The notes below the pieces were generated by a model. It worked only from the letters and a program-made list of their open reading frames with translations. It was not told the origin of the DNA and made no database searches. From Yuukianura sp. NJ FZ-2021 (taxonomy: Eukaryota), in contig CM102284.1 in the NCBI GenBank assembly GCA_046563655.1, forward strand, positions 6,200,001 through 6,264,000: a DNA stretch of 64,000 bases. Direction: 5' to 3'. Position numbers and translations under genes: made by a program. Every line of letters starts with the position of its first letter. Position 1 is the stretch's first letter. Of the stretch, positions 40,075 to 50,710 are shown one piece after another.

Positions 40075-41443
40075 GACTTTCCAATATCACAATGGAAAAA
40101 ATCTCTTTCCAAAATTTCACAAAATTGAAAAAAATTAAAAATTCATATTTCAGGAACGGAATGCAAGAAATTGCTAATTCCTTCACGACCGAATTTAAAA
40201 TGATTCCAGCCAAAACAACGGAAATCGAAAATTTGACTGATTTTTACGAAAATCCTTGAACTATAGTCAAGGGATATTTTGAAAATTTTAAATTTGGCAA
40301 AGTATTAATGATTTATTTTTTGATAAAAGTTTTTTGCAATGTTTGGGGCCACAGATATCACTGCAGGGTTGAAATTTTTTTTCATGAAGCCTTCTTTTGG
40401 TTTTAAATTTCATCAAACTATTTTTTGCAAAATTTTTGCACTACATTACGTAAAAAGATGTGGGACATGAGCATACTGCTTAAGCATTTAAATAGTCGAT
40501 TTGAAATTCATTTTTTTAAAGTTTCGAAATTCAACATAGAAATTCAATTATTTTTTTACTGCGACAGTTTCGACGTCGCCTAAAAATTAATTGTTTTCTT
40601 CTAAGGTTTCAGGCAGAAATTTTGCACACAAGAATTGGAAAATTTTTAAACGGCGTTAGAAGATAGCAATGGAAAAAATATTAATTTCTCAAGCAAGAAT
40701 GTTGCAAAAAATTTTGTTTGCAAAATTTTGCACTGCTTATGCTTATGTTTGGCTAAGATGTTTTGCAACCTGAGTCGAGCAAATTCAAAGATTTAAAGGA
40801 AAACCCACAAAATCACCTTCACATCTCTCTTAGCGAAGGTCTCAAATTCTTGTAAATTTTAAAATTTAGTACACAAGATGAAGTAAAGTTTCAAATTTGG
40901 TTGCTAATATTTTATTGTACTATTTGTATTAATAGTAATAATTATTGGTTCATTAACAATTTAAATTTAACACTCGCGTCTAACCTCCTCCATTTTTTTC
41001 AAAACAGCAGCAGCAACAATTTAAATGAAAAGAAAGACATCAACTTTTTGTTTCAATTTGTAAATTCAACATAGTTTTTATAGTTATGAAAAAAACGATT
41101 ATTTCAGTTAGCCACTACAACAAAGTTGTAACTGGAGATAACTTATTGTGAGTTATTTAGACTCGTCTAGGATTATTACTTGTTACATTTTTGTTTTGAC
41201 TCTCACAGAAACGTTAATTTGAGAAAACCTGGAAATTCTTAATCTAAAATTAATTGAAATTAATACTAGTATTTTAGTCCATTTGAATTAAGTCAGAAAG
41301 TTCGGAACATATCGCCAACAACTACTACTCCCTTGGACACAATGTCCCACGTCCCGCTCTCTCATGAATTATTAGTTAACATTATTTCTTTTCAAAAACC
41401 GAAACAAAATTGTAAATCTTAATTTAACTGAACGTGACTACGT

Positions 41444-44400
41444 TTAAATCCCATAAACGATGTTAAGTCTCTCTGCCAATTGAGTTGGAAAGGAGTTTGC
41501 AATGTTGTTCCAACATCCGGATTCCGTCAATTGCTGCTTGTAGCCCAAAAGAATCTAAAAAATCACAATCAAAATTAGCAACAATCCTCGCTGAACTTTT
41601 CAAAACGACTTGATTGATGAATTTGACTGACCTTGATGAACAGATTCTTGAGGTCTTCCGGTGGATTGCTCCAAGATGCAACAGCATCACAAAAGTAAAT
41701 AAAGTCCGGCAGAAGTGCACTGGGATTCATTTGAATCATTGAACAAATCCCACGGAATGCTGAATCCTTCTCGTCGTTATCACGAATGTTGCGCAAACTG
41801 GTACACCTAAGACAAAGAAAAACACAAGTATCAGGTCAAAGGTCAAAGTTCAACTCGAATCAAAAATAAAGTAAGTTAGTTTTACCAACGTCTGGAGAAC
41901 TGGCCCAGGAACTGACTCACTTCCTCTGGACAGACTAGTCCCAACCGTCCAATCGTAATGGCCGTGTTCTCCAACAAAGTCTTAGGTACATTCGAGTTGA
42001 TAATGTTGATTAGACTATTGATAATTAAATTAATATACACCTTCATACTATTCCCTAACTTAATACTAATCTCTCCTACGGCCCACGTCGCATTGTTACA
42101 GACGCTGATGTACTCTGGGTTGAGGTTCAGAGCCAAGATGCTCACAAATTCATTGATGTACGGCTTGATGTGGTTGAAGCAGGCCTTCGTAAGGTCTCCC
42201 AGCAGAGCAAACGAACTTTGACGTACTTCTGCCATTGGATCTTGCATCGTCTGATACAAAAGTGGTAGAATATTGCTGTTGACGACCAGCGTTTCAATGT
42301 CACTCGAAAGTCCTTCGGCCAGTCCAGACAAAAGATCCAGAGCCACAATCATGAAATCTTTGTCAGGTTGCTCAACAGTGGGCGATTGTGCTGAGGCAAT
42401 TTGTAGATTGAGTGTTTGTTCAATCAGATGGAGGCAACGACGGTAGACTGGCTCAGCGTATTTCTTGAACCCCGACTGAAGAGACGTTGCAATCGAAGAG
42501 AGGCACTACAGAGTTGTTTCCATTTGAAGGAAAAGTTGGGGAAAAAGAGAACACAAAGTTACGAATTAAAATAAGTTACTAAAATTTAGGGGAAATAAGC
42601 AGTATATAAGGCGGTAAAATAGTAATTAACTCTTAAAACTGCTAGATTAAGCAATTTTAGAAATTAATTAAAATTATAATAAGCCTAGTTGACACCAGCG
42701 TACTAGGAGTAAACGTAACTTATTACAGTTAGTTTAACTGGTTTCAACTAAATCTTAGAATTGCAAATCATATAGTTTCGAAACGTAATGTAAATGGATT
42801 AGCTTACCTCTAGTAAAGGAAACAAATCTTTATCTTCATCTTTTAAACAATTCCACTTATCAATTAGAGGAGGCATTAAGAGCGAGATATACTCTTCGTT
42901 ATTGAGATGGTAGCCCACTGAGTCTGCTAAAGTGCCGATCGCATCGTACAGAATCAGTAGATTCTTGTGCTGATATTTACTGAAGGCGAAGACCAGCGTT
43001 TCCAGGATGTACTTGAGGTACGGAACGAGCTCAGTACATGCTTCTTCTTCCAGGGTTGCAAAGGCAGAGCAAGCGGCTTCTTGCACGCGTTTGTTTGAGT
43101 CCAAAATACGAGACAGGAGAGAGTTCATGAGTGGTTTTAGGTAGACATGATTCGGTTGAGCTACGATCCAATGTGAGTATCGTGAAAGTGTCCAGCAAGT
43201 GATGGAGCGTACAAGTGCCTTTGGATTTCCAAGGGTCGAAATTAAGTACGGAATCAGTTCGGGCAGATGAGGAGTCATGCCCATACTACAACCTGTAATG
43301 AAAAATGCTTGATAATTGTCCAAAGTTAGGAAATTAGAAGACAACTAACCTTCAGCGATAGCACCCAATGCTAGAATTCCGCTTTCCTTGATCTCCCATT
43401 CAGTATGAAACAATGTCTCTTTGAGAATTGGAAGAAGTGTTGGCAGTAAATCATCACGAAACACGTTAGCAAGGATGTCAAGAGCTGCCGCGGAACATTT
43501 TCCTGGAAATCGAGACAAGATTCAAAAATAATTTCAAAGCACATACCAGCAATCATTTTTGGTTTGTCAGATGTACTTACGAAGATTCCAATCGCTGCAA
43601 CCGTGATCGTCGTCCTCCTCTTCGTCTTCCTCATCCTCCAATCCTTTATTTCTTCCTTTGTGGAATCTTGGCTTTATGTCCTCTTCTCTATCCGGGATAG
43701 CTTCGTCATCCTCAACGTCGCCTTTCAGCAGAATAATGTCAATTTCGCTGTACCGCATTCCTTTGACGAGCACTGGAATCAACCGTTCAAGGTATGGCGT
43801 CAGAACCTCCACACAGATTGGAGTTTCAGCCAAAGTCAACCAGAATTCACAAGCTTCAAGAGAAACAGTTTCTTCTGGATCTTGTGTCCGCATGAGGATG
43901 TACTCGATTATTGAATTCAAGTAAGGAAGTAGTCTGTGGATGTGTATGTCTAGGAGCATGACTAAACCACGGCAAATCTGTTTCTTTACTTGAGTATCTT
44001 CATCCGCTGACAAGAGGAATAGATTCTAAAAAACACGGAAAAGTCCATTACCTGCAACTTTTAGGGAATGCCGATTTTAAAGTTTCAACTCACGTTCAAG
44101 TAAGTGTCCAGATGATTTGCCAGAACGTTTGACTTTGACAAAATGAACTGGTTGATACAAGCAATCGCATGAGACCGAATCCTAGGATTGCGATGATTGA
44201 AGTATTGTAAGAACTTCATGACCAAAACATTTAGCTGCGCTTCGTCGGCTTCCAGCAGTTCATAGCTGTCTTCACAAATTTTTTGGAGTGCTGAGTATGC
44301 GCCCTGTTCAAAGCGAGGGGTAAAAATCAATACATCAATTCAGAAAAACCTTACTACTGTAAATGTGAACGAACCCGGTGTGATTATATTGATTGTGCTT

Positions 44401-45467
44401 ACCTCTACTCCAAACTCATATTGCGGATCATTGGAAGACGTAGACGTGTCCAAAAGATTGATCAAACTGGGGATCAACTCCGGCCAGTACTTGGAATTGG
44501 TATAAATTGTGGTAATGATGATACCCACAGTCGCTCGAATCAAACATGACTGGTCGCTCAAACTGTTCAAACACTCATACTTGATTAGATTTATCGTCTC
44601 AGCCGGAAACGCATCATAGTATTGCTTCAGATTGTTCTTAAGGATGAGTCCTGCTAGGGAACGAGTAGCATCATCTAAGGACAAAGCAATATTTAGTTAA
44701 TCTATTTACTAAAAAACATTCCAAGAGAAATTAATATGAAATCATAGGAAAGTGTCAAGTCTGACAGCAATCAAGTTAATAATAATATAGACAAATTAAA
44801 ACTGGATCACACGTACTGACGTCCTGAATATAAGCAATCGAATCAGACGAGGCCATTGATGACAAAAAGTTAATCTTCCCTTCCGCGGTTAACTTGGTTA
44901 AAACAAAGATTAAGTAATTATTGAAATCAGGATATTTACTGAGGTCATCCAATTTCTAGAAACAAACAAAAAGAGAAACAAAAATAAATTAACGACATAT
45001 ATATACAAACAACAACAATAATAATTAAGAAATCAAAATCGTGTCAAAGTCAAAGTATTTTTGGTGATGGATAGCTGAATTTGAACGTGATGGTGTCGTC
45101 GTCGTGCTAAAAAACGGCAAGGCTCTACTTATCACGCATAATCATCTAATGTCAAATGGCAACTCAATTAACCATATCGTCATGCATGTCACAGGTCACA
45201 GCAGCAGCAGAATTTTAGTTTAGCCAGCCAGTCATCATCACGTTGATCACATGACACATCGTTTTATACCTTGTAGTTAATCTAATGACAATGGTTAGAC
45301 TATGATAGTTCGATTAATCCTGATTGTTCTTAAGTTACCTGATTCACGACTCTTTGTACACTGTTATCAGATGACTGGGATTCCTTCAGTAACTGTAATA
45401 TTTGCCTCAGCCCTTCTTCCTGAGGGATCCAAGGTCCTTGAACTCCAGTTGTATCTGGTGTCTCCAT
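41444..45467 (-). CDS. TNPO1: Transportin-1 (karyopherin beta-2)
   Basis: 10 exons. [55 protein letters not shown]8 loop [13 protein letters not shown]...[76 protein letters not shown]. Confidence 0.97.
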
Positions 45468-46228
45468 TGTGTTCTGCTTGTGACCTTTGCCTAAACAGTT
45501 TCTAAACTTTATTTGAACAACACAAACTGCAAAACGTTTCTTCAAAAAATTGTCAAAAACGATCTTCAAAATCTCCGAAAAAAATTGTGTGTTCTCCGTT
45601 GAACTCGAACCTTCGAAAAAGTGATTTTTTTTTGCTCTGTTTTTTCACACACCCCTCAGATGTTGCTCCTTGATCGGCATCCCACACTTTAAATGTTCAC
45701 ATAAAGTTAAGCAATTGACAATTAAACTAATCATGTTTAACATTATCATCATGCATAAAACTACCAGTTACTAAGTAGTTATAACTTGGTTAATTGCTAA
45801 TACTTGTAAACTTGTTTACATTAATAACGCAATTAAGAACGTCCAAAATGAATCACTTGCAGTGTTGCCAGATTTCTTCCGCCAGGCATTTAGCTCAACG
45901 AAGAAAATATTGCGCTTTTGGATGCCCCGAAGAAAGCACTTTCCTTGCGGAGAAAGTGGAGAAAGCTTTTCCCGTTGCGTAGGGTGTGGTTCTTCTTTAT
46001 ATCTTCGTTTTTTATAGGATTTTGTCCGAAAATCATGTCCAAAATAGTACAATAGGATAAAAGGCGTTAGTCATTCCTCAGAAGATCTCCGAAGGCGACA
46101 TTTCGGTGACCACCGCCCAAATACACCGTGCTTTCCCTTCCTAATTCAACAAAAGAAAGTCAAATCTTAACTCTTAACGTACTCTTTTCTTCTCTACGAC
46201 CGTCGACCTCTCAAGGAAAACCGTCACC

Positions 46229-48277
46229 CTGAATTTTAATACTTTCAAACAGTCCTTTTCGACGAATGTCAATGCCATCAAAAGACGGTTTTCGTCAAGT
46301 GACCTCGCAAATGACGGGGCTGCTCAAGACGAAACGGAAGCGACGACGACGTCGTCGGAAACCGGACGCGTAGGAAGTACTAATCCAGCAAGGCCTATGA
46401 CTAGCCAGCAGTCAGCATCATCCAGCAGTACTTCTTCTCCAGCTACGCAGCATCAACACTCAACATCAGCCAGTAGTCAACCGTCGTCGACCATCTCTGC
46501 TCCAACGAGTCCTATTAAATCTGGAACATCCATTTTGCAAAGAGTTCAGTCTCTAACTGGAGCGGTCACTAAAGAGGTCACGACGACTGTGTCAAATGTC
46601 ATTGACAAATACAGCTCAAATACGAATATCAAAATTGAGCGGAATACCAGGGACATTATTATCCTGGTAGTGGATGACTATAAGACGGAATGGTAAGTGA
46701 AAGTCACTTTCACCAAAATTTTGAACTTTAAATTTGAAAACACCTTTGAGTGTCTGAATTTATTCCCAGGTCAAAATACTTCCCAGCCACACTTCAAAAT
46801 TACAACTTAAAATTAATTCAACTGCAGATTAATCAGTTTTACACGCTGGCCACTGAGACAACAACGTTGGTATTTCCTCTCCAGTCAGCCGGAGGATCTG
46901 GAGCTCCGTTTATACCGGACTTTGTATTCTTTCGCCAACCACTCAACAATCACAAGTCAATTTTGATCAGTTTCAATTACACCAATGTGGAATCAATTAA
47001 TAATTTACAGTCTCTGTACTTGTCACTTGACAAGCCTTGGATTTGGGGACAACTCAATGCCTTGAAGTGAGACCTTACTTCCAAAATTTTGATTTACGAG
47101 ACTCCTTTTTCGAAAAATGAAATTTTCGAATGCTTTCTCCTCGGAAATTGTAACAAGGAAGAAAGTTGATGTTGATTGATGTTCTCTTGTATAACACCTT
47201 GTGTGTGTTATGTAGGTTGCCATTGATTGAGCAGGTCTTTTACTCTGACTATCGAGCCATGGGCTATTATTACTTTAGAAGTAGCAATATACTCAAACTA
47301 GGATCCTATCACGGTAAGAGGTCAAGAGGTCAACCTATAAATTATTGATATTACGGGGAAGTTTACTTAACTGAAAATTTTATCAATTACTTTCGGTTAG
47401 GTGGACTTGGAAAGTTGAAAGTGAAAGACGTCAATGAATGGCAGGTGAGATAGAAAACGGAAGGAAGTGAAGAGAAAGCACGATTTTTCACTTCGTTCAA
47501 CTCATTTCCATGTTAAATAATCAATGATCTCTTGTGACCTTTGACCTTTTGTTCCTTTTAGGACTCCATTGGAATCGTTCAACTTTCTAAAGACTACTGT
47601 ACGGCTGAGCCCTACGTAGAAACACGGACAGAAGTTCATCTTCAAAAAATCGGGCCTCAGTATAAAGGCTTCATGTAAAATGCTTTCGAGTTTATAGAAA
47701 GTTTTGCAACTTTTGAAAGAATTTTGAACTTTGCTTTTGATTTAGGAAAAAATCGCTTGGTCCCTCTTGGAAATCCTCCACTTCGAATACGATTCTAGAA
47801 GAAATTCAAATAACTGAACGCTACAAGGGCTATTTGGACTCTGTAGCGACTCATCTGAACCTAGAGATCCTTCAGTTGGAGTTTTTAATTCACCAAGGCA
47901 AGGAGTACTTGATTGAACTCAATGATTCTAGCTCTCTCAACTTCCTTGGTGAAGGTCAAGAGGAGGACAAGAAGGTCATCGTGGACATGATTCTGTCCAG
48001 ACTCAATAAACTGGCCAACAGTGAAGACTGGGTCAAACGAAGATCCGCAGTGGCTGGAACGAGTGCTGGCGGAGGTAGGCGTGGTTCGGTTAGTTCCGAT
48101 GACAAGCCGGCAGCGCGGAGAGAGTCCCAGGGGTCAGTGAAGTACTTTAAGCAAAATTCGGTTACTGACGTCGTAGGTTCCGCTGGAAGTACTGCTGCTC
48201 CAGGAGAGTCTGACGATACAATGGACACTATGAAAAATTTAAGGAAAACGTTCCAAGGGATTTTTGGTGATATGTGA
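46229..48277 (+). CDS. Syn: Synapsin (predicted CUG start at 46229; first in-frame ATG at 46397)
   Basis: Exons 46229-46692, 46770-47066, 47216-47313, 47401-47444, 47562-47674, 47746-48277. Domain A LNFNTFKQSFSTNVNAIKRRFSSSDL; C domain DDYKTEWSKYF, PDFVFFRQ, DKPWIWGQL, GSYHGGLGKLKV, YCTAEPYV, QKIG..YKGFM; E domain DTMKNLRKTFQGIFGDM. Confidence 0.9.
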
Positions 48278-49335
48278 ACAGGTCAAACCGAAAAACAGCC
48301 TAAAACTTCTGTTTCGCAAATTTTTTTCAGTTTTCACATTATGATTTTAGTTTTCGTTTGGCCTTTGACCTAACTTTAGGTTTTCCCATTTGCGACAACG
48401 AAAACGTGTAAGATCAATTTCAAAAAGTGAAATTTTGAGAAAAAAGGAGCAAAAGTTAGCCAAAATCAAAAAGTGTCGAAAGTAGTCAAATCATGGAGAA
48501 AGTTCATGTAGTTGAACTGTAAAAAAAATGATAAAAAACGTTACTAAAAAAATAATTAGAATGTAAAAGTCCAATTGTGTGCTATGCAACAATTTTCCGT
48601 TAAATTTCGGAAAATCGTAAAAATTGTTACATTACCTATGTAATTAAGAATGAAAACCCATGAAATTAGGTTAAATTGTTAAGTATTAAGGTTATGTTAA
48701 CCTAACATTTTCAGATTCTGTTATACCTGCAACCCTACCCTTAACATTTACCACGCTAAAAACTTGTGTCTTTTTGTATAGTTTGCAGAAAAATTTCTAG
48801 CCTACTAATCTAATTACTTCATAACGAAGCCTCCTAATTTTTTGATTCTCTCATTTTCTAGATCACCCAATAATTAAGTTACCGTTGAATCTAATTACTT
48901 TGATTACCATTTGAAGGAAAGAGGACCTAAGTTATACTGTAAAGCTTCGATATAAGAAAATCCTCGTAGTAAACACTCTTAGCCCTCGCTCGCTCTTTCT
49001 CTCTCCAAAAATGGGAAAGACAAACATTACTTTCTACTTTGTTGTCTCTCCACTTTCAGATAATGCGAAAAGGACAAAGGATATTTACCCGCCCTTTCAA
49101 CACGAAGTTGGAGTTTACGTGAGGTGAATTGACAACAAAACTGTCAAACCGTGTCTAGCTTTTTAAAAATTCATGGACTTTTTCAAAATGGGGTGAAATT
49201 TTGAAGGTGATTGACAAGAAGAGAAAGAAGTGCTAAGTAATTAAAAAATTATAGAAAGTAAAGTGTTGGTTGTACGCCATGCAAAGAATAATTTAATGCA
49301 AAGCAGGAACACAGTAAGTGTCGGTTTCTTACAAA

Positions 49336-49660
49336 GTGTGATGTGTGTTGATTTTTGCGTGTCGTCCAGACTGCTATCGGAAAAAGTGGACCCTCGATTT
49401 TGGCCGGATGCTATGCGGATATTATACGGAACAAAAAGGTTACCGCCTTTTTTCAACTTTTTTGTGACGTCACTCACTCTGACTTTGTGACGTCAGTTAT
49501 CTCGCATTCCCTCAATCAAAGATTCACCGAAGAAAATAATTTATTTTCATGTGGCGTCTGATCGTAACAATCGTAATTTCCAACCTTTCCGTAATTTCAA
49601 CTTTCTTTTTCTGTTTCTAAACTTTTTCGAAAACCAATAAATTTTCAAAATTTACAAACA
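49336..49660 (+). repeat. Dispersed repeat (~325 bp), copy 1, with two TGACGTCA motifs
   Basis: Reverse-complement match to 54322-54654 (shared GGCCGGATGCTATGCGGATATTAT and CACCGAAGAAAATAATTTATTTTCATGTGG). TGACGTCA at 49465 and 49488. Confidence 0.85.
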
Positions 49661-50710
49661 TCGTCTGTCCCTCTCCTCCCTACGCTTTAGTTTGCCTTGA
49701 AGAACATCAATTATTTCATTTCAAATTTCATAAATTGCCATAAATTTCTAAATTCAATTTCATGTTAATTTGTGCAAAAATGATGCAAAAGGGACGGAGC
49801 TTTCTTCATCTTTTTTTCAAAAATCAAAGAAGTTTTATCGTAGATCAAAAGAGAAAATTTTGGTGGTGAAAGGGATAGAGGAAATGAAAGTGGAAATTGG
49901 TTCACACTTGGCTGCTCTTTTCATTTTTTCTAAATTCAGACTTAAATTTTCTCCTCTCTTTTTTCTACAAAATCCACAGAAAACTCTCTAAAAAACTCCG
50001 CTCTGACCTAAATTCTTGTCTTTTCCTTCATCTGAGTAATCCTATGAGATTCCACTGGATTCCCCACTTGAAATTCTAGAATCTTTGAATTTGAATAATT
50101 TAAAAAGTAATTCTGCTAGAAAAGTTGAAAATTTTGTAAAGAAAATGCCTGGAAGGACTTGTTTAAAAAGCAGTAAAAAAAAAGTAAGGATGTCCTAAAA
50201 AGTTTTTCATAGAGATGAGCTCATGAAAGCTTAAGTTATTTTTCGTGTGTCTCTGGCGAGAAATGAAAACTTTCTCCCAAAAACAACTTTCTCCCACACA
50301 ATTTCAAATTTGTTTTGAAAAGTGAATTGAATTTTTCAAAATTTCGTGATTTAAGTCTGCACTTGTTTGTAGCGTTTTATTTTTATACGTTCCAAAGACA
50401 TGTCTTCTTCATGTTCAGATCAATTAGAATCAGACTTTTTTTAAATCTTATTTTTTAAATTCTTAAATCTCTTTCTAAAAAATGAGGGAGCACTTGGGTT
50501 GATTTTTTAAACTTTTTAAGAGCTTAGGAGCTTGTTGCTTCTGGTGTTGAGGTTTAAACAGGGTTGAATGCTCATGGCTTCTGAAGATGATTGTAGCAAT
50601 GACGGTCGATACTGCTTCTTAGGAGTCAGGATTCATGAGTCATGAGTCATGATTCTTATGATTCCTCATCCTGACTCTTATGATTCTTGATTCTTTTAAG
50701 ATTCATGATT

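Larger units (their letters stand above)
37294..40860. repeat. Composite dispersed repeat, copy B, with two nested MITE insertions
   Basis: Shares modules, in the same orientation and order, with 17497-19760. Interrupted by 38326-38906 and 39280-40074. Outer boundaries are approximate. Confidence 0.75.

Noticed and set aside
48275-48373. Stop-codon readthrough in synapsin, as in Drosophila
   Set aside because: The stop is TGA-A followed by only ~31 codons of UTR-like sequence before TAA, with no long downstream ORF or leaky context.
50625-50710. GATTC(A/T)T-type repeats after the PDE4 stop
   Set aside because: Degenerate low-complexity 3'UTR sequence with no consistent unit or structure.
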